NCBI GenBank assembly: GCA_965204815.1
Contig: OZ242014.1
Coordinates: forward strand, 1,512,532 to 1,576,531
Origin: Dehalococcoidia bacterium
GTDB taxonomy: Bacteria; Chloroflexota; Dehalococcoidia; Lucifugimonadales; CATOSD01
Direction: 5' to 3'
DNA length: 64,000 bases
In this document: positions 1 through 8,980 of the stretch, in pieces
Numbering within the stretch: the first letter of the stretch is position 1
How the letters are laid out: each line of letters opens with the position of its first letter
Position numbers and translations under genes: made by a program
The notes under the pieces: model-generated
What the model was told of the DNA's origin: nothing
The model's database searches: none
The model's input: the letters and a program-made list of their open reading frames with translations, nothing else

Positions 1-273
1 GCCGGCGTTGTTCACTAGCACATCGAGCCTGCCGAATCGCTCCACGGTCTTGGACACGGCTTCTTCCCACTGCCGCTCGTCCGTGACGTCGAGCTCGATG
101 AACAGCGCCTCGCCGCCCGCCTCGGCTATCTCCGCCTCGACCTTGCGTCCCGCGTCCTCAGAAACGTCCGCGACGACCACTTTCGCGCCTTCTGCGGCGA
201 ACATCTTCGCCTCGGCTTCGCCCATGCCGCGCGATGCTCCGGTCACTATCGCCACTTTGCCTGCCAGTCTCAT
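1..273 (-). CDS. Short-chain dehydrogenase/reductase (SDR), N-terminal part only; 3' end lies outside the window
   Basis: Reverse-strand ATG at 273-271. Translation begins MRLAGKVAIVTGASRGMGEAEAKMFAAEGAKVVVADV, which contains the TGxxxGxG Rossmann motif. Not in the ORF track because it runs off the window edge. Confidence 0.8.
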   Translation of the reverse strand, partial: MRLAGKVAIVTGASRGMGEAEAKMFAAEGAKVVVADVSEDAGRKVEAEIAEAGGEALFIELDVTDERQWEEAVSKTVERFGRLDVLVNNAG

Positions 274-351
274 GTCAGCGCCTCCTCTGCTGCAAAGCTT
301 GGTCCTTTTGGTGCCCGCTCAAGCCGGGCAATGGGTCGGCAGACGCCGGGG

Positions 352-1881
352 TTACTCTCCGGCGCTCGCCTCCACCTTGATGCTCCTCTTGACGTCCGGC
401 CTGGGATCGGCTGCCTCACCCACCGGGGCCAACGGCGCCGGCTCGGCACTCGCGCCCTTAAAGAACGACGCCACCATGCCCAGGACCAACAGCACGCTCA
501 TTGCGAGCAGATATACGTTGAATCCGGTGGTGAACGCCTGAAGCAGGCCTGGGCTGCTTTCGGAGTTGACTCCGGACAGCGAAGGCGGGTATCCCCCAGC
601 CGCCATGAAAGCCGTCACGACGGCGGTGCCTATGGCGATGCTTGCCACGTTCGACGAGTTTCGGACCAGATTAAGGAATCCGGCTACGACGCCGTACCTG
701 CTCTTTTCAACCGCGGCCATGATGGAGCTGTTGTTCGGCCCGTAGAACACTCCCATGCCGAGGTTCTGCATCAGCAGCCCCGCCAGCACGAGCCAGACCG
801 ACGAGTCTGTGCGCAAGAGCCCCAGCAGGAAAAGCCCTATGGCGGAAAATGCAAGCCCGCCTACGTTGAACGGCCTCCATCCGAAGCGGTCCGATAACCA
901 GCCGGCGAGTGGCCCCACGAACGCAACGATAGCGAACCCGGGCACGATTATCAGGCCCACCGTGCTGGGGCTAAAGCCCAGCACGGCCTGGAGATAGAAC
1001 GGTATCAGGAACCGGGTGGGCTGGTTCGCCAGGAAGGACAGCGTGCTGGCGAGCACTCCCAGGGCGAACAGCCTTCGGGTGAACAAGCGCACGTCCAGCA
1101 TGGGGTAGGGAGTCCGCAGCTCCCACCAGATGAATCCACCGAATGTCACCACGAACGCCAACACGATGAGCGCGACGCTGGGCGACATCCAGCCCAGAGA
1201 CGGGCCGAGTGTCAGTCCGATCAGCAGCGAAAGCAGGGCGCCGGTGGAGAGTACCGCACCAAGCCAATCGAAGTCGACGCGCCTGCCGTCGCCAGTGGCG
1301 TGCACTTCCTGCACGATTACCGCCGCGGCGAACAGCGACATCACTCCCAGAATCGCGTTTACGCCGAACACCCACTGCCAGCCGAAGAGGGCGACTATGA
1401 AGCCACCCATCGCCGGTCCGGCGACGCCGCCGGCGCCCACCATGCTCATCTGCAGGCCGAGCGCCTTGCCTCGCTCCTCGTCCGAGAACGCCCTGAGGAT
1501 CATGGCCATGCCCGTGCCCTGCGTCATGCCGGCACCGATGCCCTGGAAGATCTTGGCGCCAATGAGCATCCACACGTTGAAGGATGTTCCGGCCAGCACC
1601 GATCCGATAATGAACACTACGAGGCCAGCCAGGTAGACTTTCTTGGCGCCCACGATGTCGCCCAGGCGGCCCATTGGCATGAGGAATGCGCTGATGGCGA
1701 GCGCGTATCCGATGACCACCCACTGCACGGTGGGCAGGTCGGTCAGGAAGTGGTCTGCGATGGTGGGCAGCGCGACGATTACGCTGCCGTGGTCCGCCAC
1801 GTTCGTGAACATGCCGAGCGCGAGCGCCGCGAATGCCCACCACTTGTAGCCGGCCCCGCGCCGTATGGCCAGTGACGCCAA
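352..1881 (-). CDS. MFS transporter, DHA2/EmrB-like (many TM helices)
   Basis: 509-aa hydrophobic ORF with MFS-like motifs (GRLGDIVGAKKV, multiple TM segments). The overlapping ORFs are antisense shadows. Confidence 0.8.
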   Translation of the reverse strand: MASLAIRRGAGYKWWAFAALALGMFTNVADHGSVIVALPTIADHFLTDLPTVQWVVIGYALAISAFLMPMGRLGDIVGAKKVYLAGLVVFIIGSVLAGTSFNVWMLIGAKIFQGIGAGMTQGTGMAMILRAFSDEERGKALGLQMSMVGAGGVAGPAMGGFIVALFGWQWVFGVNAILGVMSLFAAAVIVQEVHATGDGRRVDFDWLGAVLSTGALLSLLIGLTLGPSLGWMSPSVALIVLAFVVTFGGFIWWELRTPYPMLDVRLFTRRLFALGVLASTLSFLANQPTRFLIPFYLQAVLGFSPSTVGLIIVPGFAIVAFVGPLAGWLSDRFGWRPFNVGGLAFSAIGLFLLGLLRTDSSVWLVLAGLLMQNLGMGVFYGPNNSSIMAAVEKSRYGVVAGFLNLVRNSSNVASIAIGTAVVTAFMAAGGYPPSLSGVNSESSPGLLQAFTTGFNVYLLAMSVLLVLGMVASFFKGASAEPAPLAPVGEAADPRPDVKRSIKVEASAGE

Positions 1882-1892
1882 CGACGTGCGCC

Positions 1893-2846
1893 TTACTCGG
1901 CGTCCGGGTGGGTCGTGATGAACTTGCCGGCCTTTTCAGGGTCCACGTGCGGCGCGCGGACCTCGACGCCCGCGGCCTCCTCCTGGAGCAGGAAGGTCAC
2001 GCCGGCGTCACGGTCGCCCCAGCCGCGATTGATGGCCTGTATGGCCATCTGCTCGGCGAGGTTCGCGATGGGCATGGGCACGTCGTACTCGCGGCCCAGT
2101 TCGTTCGCCAGCAGGATGTCCTTACGCGAGAGCTCCAGGGCGAAGCTGGCGCGGTCGAAGTCACCGCGGAACAGGCTGCCGGGTATGCCCCGGTGCAGTA
2201 TGTTCATCTGTCCAAGCGATCCGCGCCGCACGCACTCCCACAGCGACTCGGCGTCCACGCCCGCCTTGACGCCCAGGGTCAGTCCCTCGGCTATGGCCTG
2301 CCTGACGCCGTGGCCGATCATGTTGTGAACCAGCTTGCAGATGCTGCCCGCGCCGATGGCGCCGGAGTAGAATACCTTGTCGCCGAACGAGTCGAGCACG
2401 GGATTGATGCGGTCGAATATCTCGCGCTCTCCGCCCACCATCACGGCCAGGTTGCCGGTGATGGCGCCGGACTTGCCGCCGCTGACGGGGGCGTCCAGGG
2501 CGTGCGCGCCCTTCTGGCGGAACAGCGGCTCGATCTGCCGGATGAGCGTGGGACGGCTCGTGGATAGGTCCACGTAGACGCTGCCCTCGCGTATGCCCTC
2601 CAGCACGCCCTCCGCGCCGGTTGCCACCGCCTCCACCTCGGCAGGGCCTGGCAGCGATGTGAAGGTGACGTCGCTGAGCCGCGCCACCTCGGCGGGCGAG
2701 CTTGCCAGCCGCGCGCCGTTCTCCAGCAGGGGCTTGGTCGCCTCCTCCCTGACGTCGTACACTATCATGGGATATCCGGCGCGCTGGATGTTCCTGGACA
2801 TGCCCAGCCCCATGTTGCCCAGTCCGATGAATCCGATAGTCTCCAT
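1893..2846 (-). CDS. NAD(P)-dependent oxidoreductase, 3-hydroxyisobutyrate/6-phosphogluconate dehydrogenase-like family
   Basis: N-terminal IGFIGLGNMGLGMSRNI dinucleotide-binding motif. Length of 317 aa is typical of the family. Confidence 0.8.
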   Translation of the reverse strand: METIGFIGLGNMGLGMSRNIQRAGYPMIVYDVREEATKPLLENGARLASSPAEVARLSDVTFTSLPGPAEVEAVATGAEGVLEGIREGSVYVDLSTSRPTLIRQIEPLFRQKGAHALDAPVSGGKSGAITGNLAVMVGGEREIFDRINPVLDSFGDKVFYSGAIGAGSICKLVHNMIGHGVRQAIAEGLTLGVKAGVDAESLWECVRRGSLGQMNILHRGIPGSLFRGDFDRASFALELSRKDILLANELGREYDVPMPIANLAEQMAIQAINRGWGDRDAGVTFLLQEEAAGVEVRAPHVDPEKAGKFITTHPDAE

Positions 2847-2907
2847 TAGGCCAACCTCCGGGTTTACGATCTCTATTCGCTGGGCCGCACGCCGGGTCTG
2901 TTACTCC

Positions 2908-3771
2908 CTAGCGCGACCCGTTCAGGTCTGAGGGTTTCCACCACTTGGCGCGGCCGTAGTCGGAAGGCTTGCCAACGTGCAAGCCCTCTATGGGGAAGAA
3001 GTCGCCCCCTCTGAGCGCCTCCAGCAGGTCGCTCTCATTGCGCACGTCGCCCCTGAACACGGTGACTCCCTTGCCGAATCCGTCGGTGGAGTGAGCGTCG
3101 CTGCCGCCTGTGCCCCAGTGGCCGATGTGGGCGGCCACGCCCTGGGCGAACCTGTTCTCTACCTCTATATTGCCGCCGTTGACCACCTCGGTCTCGTCCA
3201 CAATCTCGAATATGGGGTGCTCCGCGGCCTCCTCGGGGGTCTCCGGGATCTTGACGGCGTCCTCAAACAGCTTGTTCAGGGTGTACGTTCCCGGCAGATC
3301 GAACAGGAAGCGGAAGGGGTGCGCCAGAATCAGGTAGCCGCCCACACGGTCCACTTCCCGCCTGAGGTGCCGGATGGTCTCGATGTCACGGGAGAATCCG
3401 GAGACGTGGTTTTCGAGTCCGAGAGCGATGACGTGGCCGAGCGGGGTATAGACCTCCAGGGCTCTAACTAACACCAGGTCCGGATGCTTGCTCGCGAACT
3501 GCTCGAAGTCGTGGCGCGGCCAGCCTTCGTGCTCGGTGACCATAACGCCGGTGAGGCCGATGCGGGTCGCTTCGGCGACCAGTTCGTCGGGGGTAAGGGC
3601 GCTGTCGGCGCTGCCCCTGTTGGTGTGTACGTGGAGATCGAATATGGATGCCAAGCGGGCGCGTGCCTCCTGAGCGTGTGGGTGGTCGACGCGAATTGTA
3701 ACACGCCCGGCGGCGGAGGGCACGGACGCGCGTTGACACTCGCTGCGGGTTGCCAGTACCATTGGCTGCAA
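2908..3771 (-). CDS. PHP-domain (polymerase/histidinol phosphatase-like) metal-dependent phosphoesterase
   Basis: IFDLHVHTNRGSADS and GGSDAHS motifs. Paralogous to 16642-17343. The true start may lie downstream of the annotated ATG. Confidence 0.7.
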   Translation of the reverse strand: MQPMVLATRSECQRASVPSAAGRVTIRVDHPHAQEARARLASIFDLHVHTNRGSADSALTPDELVAEATRIGLTGVMVTEHEGWPRHDFEQFASKHPDLVLVRALEVYTPLGHVIALGLENHVSGFSRDIETIRHLRREVDRVGGYLILAHPFRFLFDLPGTYTLNKLFEDAVKIPETPEEAAEHPIFEIVDETEVVNGGNIEVENRFAQGVAAHIGHWGTGGSDAHSTDGFGKGVTVFRGDVRNESDLLEALRGGDFFPIEGLHVGKPSDYGRAKWWKPSDLNGSR

Positions 3772-4040
3772 GGCCGTGCTAGGCGGGGAGCTAGCGGTGC
3801 CCTGTACTCGAAACCCGCTTACGCGAGGCTGAATTCCTCTTGGAGGTCGACTTTACGGGGCCACTGCTCCAGGTAGCTGATGTTGAGAGTTGGGTCCTGC
3901 GCGGCGGAGCGCCGTGAACCCCGTCAGGTCCGGAAGGAAGCAGCGGTAAGCGGTTACCTTCGGGCGCCGCAGGCTCGCCTGGCTCGAGTCGGCTCTCTGG
4001 CGTACGCCGCCGGGGGAGATCGAGAAGAGGTGCACGGCCC
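3772..4040 (+). ncRNA. ffs: Signal recognition particle RNA, large (Bacillus scRNA-like, with Alu-like 5' domain)
   Basis: 5' GGCCGTGCTAGGCGGGGAGCTAGCGGTGCCCTGTA resembles the scRNA Alu domain. The conserved helix-8 motif GTCAGGTCCGGAAGGAAGCAGCGGTAAG lies at 3923-3950. The 3' GCACGGCC (4032-4039) pairs with the 5' GGCCGTGC. Confidence 0.8.
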
Positions 4041-4121
4041 CTATCCTTCCTTCACGTCCTCAGCCGCTTCCTCGCGGCGCGCCGCGCGCCGTCGCAGCTA
4101 CTCTGACTCCGCCTCGTCGCC

Positions 4122-4949
4122 ATGTCCACACAGCCTGCCACCGACGCGCTAGGCCCGCCGCCCAAGGCGAAACGCTCGTTGGGCCAGAACTTCCTGGTGG
4201 ACCGTCGCGTGCTCGCCCGCATAGTGGCCGCCGCGGAGTTGTCGCCCACAGACCAGGTGCTCGAAATCGGGCCCGGTCGCGGCATCCTCACCGAGCGGCT
4301 CGCCGAGTCGGCCGGGCGCGTCACCGCCGTCGAGCTGGACGACTCCCTGGTCGCACGGCTGTCGGACCGCTTTGCCGACCGGCCCAGCGTCCGCATAGTA
4401 GCGGGGGACGCCAGGACGGTGGACGTTGGCGAGTTGGTGGACACGTCTGACGGCTACAAGCTGGTGGCCAACCTACCGTATTATGCCGCGACGCCCATCG
4501 TGCGCCGTTTCCTGGAGATGGAGGACGGGCCGCACCTGATGGTGGTGATGGTGCAACGCGAGGTCGCCCGCTCAATGACCGCCGCGCCTGGCGAGATGTC
4601 GCTGCTTTCGGTGGCGACGCAGCTCTACGGCCGCCCGCGCATCATCGCCAGTGTGCCGCCCCGCGCGTTCCGGCCCGCGCCCAAGGTGACTTCCGCAATT
4701 GTACGAATCGACGTCTACGACAGGCCAGCCCTACGCCTGCCCTCCGAGCGGGAGTTCTTCGATCTAGTGAGGGCGGGATTCAGCGCGCGCCGCAAGCAGC
4801 TACGAAACGCCCTGAGCCAGGGACTGGGCCTTCAGGCGGCGGAGGTGGAGCGGCTGCTGGCGCGCGCCGAAATAGATCCCAAACGCCGCGCGGAGACGCT
4901 GAGCCTGGCGGAATGGGGCAGCCTGCACGAATCCGTAAGCCTGGACTGA
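4122..4949 (+). CDS. rsmA: 16S rRNA (adenine1518/1519-N6)-dimethyltransferase
   Basis: SLGQNFLVD and LEIGPGRGILT SAM-binding motifs; 275 aa. Confidence 0.9.
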   Translation: MSTQPATDALGPPPKAKRSLGQNFLVDRRVLARIVAAAELSPTDQVLEIGPGRGILTERLAESAGRVTAVELDDSLVARLSDRFADRPSVRIVAGDARTVDVGELVDTSDGYKLVANLPYYAATPIVRRFLEMEDGPHLMVVMVQREVARSMTAAPGEMSLLSVATQLYGRPRIIASVPPRAFRPAPKVTSAIVRIDVYDRPALRLPSEREFFDLVRAGFSARRKQLRNALSQGLGLQAAEVERLLARAEIDPKRRAETLSLAEWGSLHESVSLD

Positions 4950-4953
4950 CGCC

Positions 4954-5844
4954 ATGTCGAGCAGCCCGCTGGAGCTGAACGCATACGCCAAGGTCAACCT
5001 GACCCTCGAGGCGCTGGGGCGGCGGGATGACGGCTATCACGACGTGGTCTCGATCATACAGACGGTGGACCTGTATGACACGCTTACGTTCGAGCGGGCA
5101 GACGGACTGGAGCTGGTATGCGACGCGCCGGAGCTTGCGGGGTGCGGAAACCTGGCGTTGAGGGCCGCCCGGCTTCTGCGAGAGCACGCCGGCGTCTCGG
5201 ACGGCGCACGAATGACCATCGTCAAGCGCATCCCGGTCGCCGCCGGGCTGGGCGGCGGCAGCAGCGACGCGGCGGCCACGCTGGTGGCGCTCAACCGACT
5301 GTGGCGCCTTGACCTGTCGACAGGCGAGCTGTCCGCGCTGGCCGCGAGGCTAGGCTCCGACGTGCCCTTCCTGCTGCGGGGCGGCACGGCGATGGTGAGC
5401 GGGCGTGGGGAGCGCGTCGACCAGTTGCCGCCCGCCGACCTGGAGTGGTTGGTCGTCGCCTGCCCCGGGATACACGTGCCGGATAAGACGGCCTCCCTGT
5501 ACGCGAGGCTTGGGCCGTCCAACTTCACGCGCGGCGCGCTCACGCGCAGGCTGGCGGCGCGGATACGCGGCGGAGGAGACGTGCCACCACAGTTCCTGTT
5601 CAACGTGTTCGACGACGTGGCGTTCGACGCCTTTCCGGAGCTGCGCGACTGCTGGGACGCGATGCACGCGCTGGGCGCGCGGGAGGTGCACGTGGCGGGC
5701 AGCGGGCCGTCGCTGTTCGCGCCGGTGTCCAGCAGGGAGGTTGGCTCGGCGCTCCAGTTGCTCCTCACGCACCAGCACGGTATCGAATCTCACCTCGTCC
5801 GGACCGTGGCCGGCGACGCGGAGGGCGGCGAGTGTACGAGCTGA
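4954..5844 (+). CDS. ispE: 4-diphosphocytidyl-2-C-methyl-D-erythritol kinase
   Basis: AYAKVNLTLEALGRRDDGYH N-terminus and PVAAGLGGGSSDAAA GHMP-kinase motif. Confidence 0.9.
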   Translation: MSSSPLELNAYAKVNLTLEALGRRDDGYHDVVSIIQTVDLYDTLTFERADGLELVCDAPELAGCGNLALRAARLLREHAGVSDGARMTIVKRIPVAAGLGGGSSDAAATLVALNRLWRLDLSTGELSALAARLGSDVPFLLRGGTAMVSGRGERVDQLPPADLEWLVVACPGIHVPDKTASLYARLGPSNFTRGALTRRLAARIRGGGDVPPQFLFNVFDDVAFDAFPELRDCWDAMHALGAREVHVAGSGPSLFAPVSSREVGSALQLLLTHQHGIESHLVRTVAGDAEGGECTS

Positions 5845-6245
5845 TAGCGGGCATGACGCTGGGGATGCTGATGGCATCCGTGTTCATCTGCACGGTGGCG
5901 CTGATACTCTTCTTCATGATGAAGAGCGGCTCTCCGGCCGCCGGCCGCCTCATCGAGAACCGCAGCCCGACGATAGTGGGACTTGGAGCGGTCGCCGTGG
6001 CCTACCCAGCGTGGGCCGCGGTCGGCGGGCTGTGCGGCGTGCTGTACAGGATCAGCCTGGAGCAAGCGCCGGGCGGTGGACTGGGAAGCCCGAACTTGGT
6101 GTACACGCTCGGCGTCGCGGTGGCGGTGCTGCTGTTGGCCGCGCCACTCGCCGTGCTGCTGAGGCGCGCTGCCGCAGGCGTCGCCATCATAACGCTCGCC
6201 GCTATAGGCGTTTTCGGCTGGTTTCTGCCATACTATGCGGCGTGA
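5832..6245 (+). CDS. Small integral membrane protein, unknown function
   Basis: 137-aa ORF with about 4 hydrophobic segments. Overlaps the ispE stop by a few codons. Confidence 0.5.
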   Translation: MYELIAGMTLGMLMASVFICTVALILFFMMKSGSPAAGRLIENRSPTIVGLGAVAVAYPAWAAVGGLCGVLYRISLEQAPGGGLGSPNLVYTLGVAVAVLLLAAPLAVLLRRAAAGVAIITLAAIGVFGWFLPYYAA

Positions 6246-6330
6246 CGAGCCGGCGGAGGCGATGTCCCGGCACTAACGGCAGCGAGATGCCTCCAACCGG
6301 GCCCACAACTTTGACTGTTGACCGAGAGGA

Positions 6331-6564
6331 TTGAGCAACTTGAGCCAAGCAGTGGTACGAGCCCCGATAACAGGAACGGTTCTGGAAGTGAAGGCGTCGC
6401 AAGGCGACGAGGTTCGCCGGGATGACGTGCTTGTCGTCATAGAGTCCATGAAGATGGAAAACGAGGTCCTGTGTGACTACGACGGTCGTGTCGCTTCGGT
6501 GAACTCGTTCGTGGGCCAGAGCGTGGCCGAAGGCGACGAGCTGATGACGCTGGACATCGGCTGA
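6331..6564 (+). CDS. Biotin/lipoyl attachment domain protein (biotin carboxyl carrier-like)
   Basis: 77 aa with VIESMKMENEV, an (A/S)MKM biotinyl-lysine motif. Confidence 0.75.
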   Translation: MSNLSQAVVRAPITGTVLEVKASQGDEVRRDDVLVVIESMKMENEVLCDYDGRVASVNSFVGQSVAEGDELMTLDIG

Positions 6565-6605
6565 GCGCCACACTCCGCAATACCCCAGGCGAGGAGGATT
6601 GACCT

Positions 6606-8207
6606 ATGCCGATAGACCCGCAGCGAGAGACGTGGAAGCCCGGCATGGACTGGGAGCACGCCATCGACGACATGGCCTATATTCGCGGCCTCGTGCGCGA
6701 GATGGGCGGGCCGGAACGGATCAAGCGCCAGCACGACGGCGGGCGCTACACGATCCGGGAGCGCATCGACAAGATGGTCGATCCCGGCAGCTTCGTGGAG
6801 GCCGGCCCGATGGTGGGCGCCGCGGAGTACGACGAGGACGGTAACCTGTGCGCGTTTACGCCGGGGGCCTACGTGATGGGTCTCGCGGAGATCGACGGCC
6901 GCCCGGTGGCAATCGGCGGCGACGACTTCACAATTTCGGGCGGCAGTCCCCACAACGTGCGAAAGAGCTCGGGCCACTTCACGCAGCCGCTGGCGCTCCA
7001 GTACGGCATACCCTACGTCCAGCTCGTGGAGGGCGTGGGCCACAGCTCCAAGTCCGACGAGGCCGCGGGACACATGGGTCTTCCCGGCGGGGAGCTGTGG
7101 TGGCGCTCGGTGGAATTGCTGCGCAAGGTCCCGGTGGCGGCGGGTGTCATGGGGTCGGTGGCGGGAGCGCCCGCGGCGTTCGCGCTGATGTCGCACTTCA
7201 CCGTGATGATCCGGGAGCAGTCCCAGATATTCCCGTCCGGGCCGCCAGTGGTGCGGCGCGCTATTGGCGAGACGCTGGACAAGGAGGAGCTTGGCGGCTA
7301 TCAGATGCACGTCCACGAGAGCGGCCAGGTGGACAACGTGGCGGACTCGGAGGAGGAGGCGTTCGAGCAGATCAAGAAGTTCATCTCGTATCTGCCCAAC
7401 ACCACCGCCGACGTCGCCCCGCGCGTCGAGACGGGAGACCCGCCGGACCGCCGCCCCGAGGAGCTTCTGAACATCATCCCGCCCAACCGGCGGCGCAGCT
7501 ACGACGCGCGCAAGCTCATCCGGTTGGTGGTGGACAACGGCGAGTTCTTCGAGATGCGGAAGCACTGGGCTGGCGCGATCATCACCGGGTTCGCCAGGCT
7601 GGACGGCTACAGCGTGGGCGTGATGGCGAGCGATCCGCTCAAGTTGGCGGGCGCGATGGACGGCTGGGCGGCGGAGAAGTACACGCACTTCGTGGACCTG
7701 TGCGACGCCTTCAACCTGCCGGTGGTGGTGTTCCTGGACATGCCGGGCTTCATGCTCGGCTCGCACGCGGAGCGCAAGGCGACCATGCGGCGCGGCGTGC
7801 GCGCGCTGATAGCGAGCGCCGAGGCGAACGTTCCGAAGGTGGAGTTCAACGTCCGCAAGGCCTACGGAGTCGCGGCGGACGCCATCCACAGCCTGGGCCA
7901 GCCCAACGGCCTCAACCTCCGGTACGGCTGGCCTGCGGGCGAGTGGGGCGGCATCCCCATCGAGGGCGGCGTAGCCGCGGCGTACCGGCGGGAGATCGAG
8001 GCCGCGCCGGACCCGGACGCGCACCGGGAGATGATCGAGAACCGGCTGCTCCGGCTGCGCTCGCCGTTCCGGGCGGCGCACAAGGGCGACGTGGTAGACC
8101 TGATCGACCCGCGCGAGACGCGGCGGCTGGCGTGCACGTTCGTGAAGCTGGCCCAGCCGATGCTTCACAAGCTGGCGCAGCTACCCAAGCGCGCGGTGCG
8201 GCCGTAG
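6606..8207 (+). CDS. Acyl-CoA carboxyltransferase (propionyl-CoA carboxylase beta / methylmalonyl-CoA decarboxylase alpha family)
   Basis: 533 aa with two carboxyltransferase half-domains (GGDDFTISGGS..., FLDMPGFMLG). Lies immediately downstream of the biotin carrier gene. Confidence 0.85.
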   Translation: MPIDPQRETWKPGMDWEHAIDDMAYIRGLVREMGGPERIKRQHDGGRYTIRERIDKMVDPGSFVEAGPMVGAAEYDEDGNLCAFTPGAYVMGLAEIDGRPVAIGGDDFTISGGSPHNVRKSSGHFTQPLALQYGIPYVQLVEGVGHSSKSDEAAGHMGLPGGELWWRSVELLRKVPVAAGVMGSVAGAPAAFALMSHFTVMIREQSQIFPSGPPVVRRAIGETLDKEELGGYQMHVHESGQVDNVADSEEEAFEQIKKFISYLPNTTADVAPRVETGDPPDRRPEELLNIIPPNRRRSYDARKLIRLVVDNGEFFEMRKHWAGAIITGFARLDGYSVGVMASDPLKLAGAMDGWAAEKYTHFVDLCDAFNLPVVVFLDMPGFMLGSHAERKATMRRGVRALIASAEANVPKVEFNVRKAYGVAADAIHSLGQPNGLNLRYGWPAGEWGGIPIEGGVAAAYRREIEAAPDPDAHREMIENRLLRLRSPFRAAHKGDVVDLIDPRETRRLACTFVKLAQPMLHKLAQLPKRAVRP

Positions 8208-8313
8208 GTGTGGGGAACCGCCAGTCATTTCTGTAGATGATGGAGTCCATCCAATGGGGACGAAGGCCTCACTCCGTTGGCGCGTCGCCCTTGTAGGAGT
8301 TGCGCGGAAACGA

Positions 8314-8328
8314 GCCTGTGTCAGATTA
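8314..8328. repeat. 15-nt arm GCCTGTGTCAGATTA; perfect inverted partner at 8919-8933
   Basis: Read directly: 8314-8328 GCCTGTGTCAGATTA and 8919-8933 TAATCTGACACAGGC. CGCGGAAAC lies adjacent to each arm. Confidence 0.6.
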
Positions 8329-8384
8329 TCAGGCGGCTTCCACACCAACACTCCTAAGAATGCGGTGACGCGAATTCTGTTAGA

Positions 8385-8900
8385 ATCTGCGACTTTCTGT
8401 GCGACTCCTAGCTGAGAGGGGCGTCGGTCCTGCTCAATTCTGTAATGCTGGCGTGGGCAAATCGTGACAGAATTGTCGCGCGGCGTGGCAGAGTGGGACG
8501 GTGTCAGTGGTCGGTGACCAGTGACCAGTCGTCACCCCCATCCTAACCCGTTCGACTACGCTCAGGGCAGTCTCTTCCCCCCTCGACGGGGGGAAGAGAC
8601 TTTGGAATGGGGCGGGTCGGTCCCGCGGGCGGGTTTGAAGCCCGCCCATATCGTGTACGAGAATAGCACGGATGTACGCACCATGCAAGACCGTTGGCGA
8701 AATTGCGGGAACAGGGCCGAGATTGGGGGTTTGGGGGCGGATTTGTGGACAGAAATTGCGCACGAATGAGAACCGGTGGGACGTGCGTGAGAATGGGTGA
8801 GACACGGATGAGAACGGGTGGCGCGCGAAAGTGACGGTTTTTCGGGGTCGTGGGCGCGAGTGAGCGGGTGTGGGCAGGGCAGGGTGTTCGCGAGAGGGAC
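8385..8900 (+). repeat. Dispersed non-coding repeat, copy A (inverted copy B at 28140-28555)
   Basis: Hand alignment with the reverse complement of 28140-28555. Shared blocks are ACTTTCTGTG, the GGGCGGGTTTGAAGCCCGCCC hairpin, GTTGGCGAA.AT.GCGGGA, three 21-bp TGAGAA..GGTG units and GGTGGCGCG.GAAAGTGACG.TTTTTCGGGGT. Confidence 0.7.
8532..8599 (-). repeat. Member (inverted orientation) of the hairpin + GTTAGGATGGGGGTGA intergenic repeat family
   Basis: TCACCCCCATCCTAAC at 8532-8547. A 12-bp-stem hairpin TCTCTTCCCCCC/GGGGGGAAGAGA lies at 8571-8599. Confidence 0.55.
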
Positions 8901-8950
8901 TGTTATGGGCGCGCCTAGTAATCTGACACAGGCTTCGCGGAAACCGTCGA

Positions 8951-8980
8951 TTTGCACCGCGTTGTAAACGTTGATATATT
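8951..8980 (+). promoter_or_regulatory. Candidate sigma-70-type promoter for the island-1 operon
   Basis: TTTGCA (8951-8956), 18-nt spacer, TATATT (8975-8980), about 40 nt upstream of the methyltransferase ATG. Confidence 0.35.

Noticed and set aside
6477-8168. Long antisense or alternative-frame ORFs across high-GC genes (for example 6477-8168, 6848-8236, 16603-18180, 20387-21655, 40795-42144, 47391-48953, 54536-56659, 55032-56960)
   Set aside because: Their translations are Arg/Ala/Gly/Pro-rich low-complexity sequence with no motifs. Each lies opposite to, or out of frame with, a gene with strong family signatures. These are typical GC-driven shadow ORFs.
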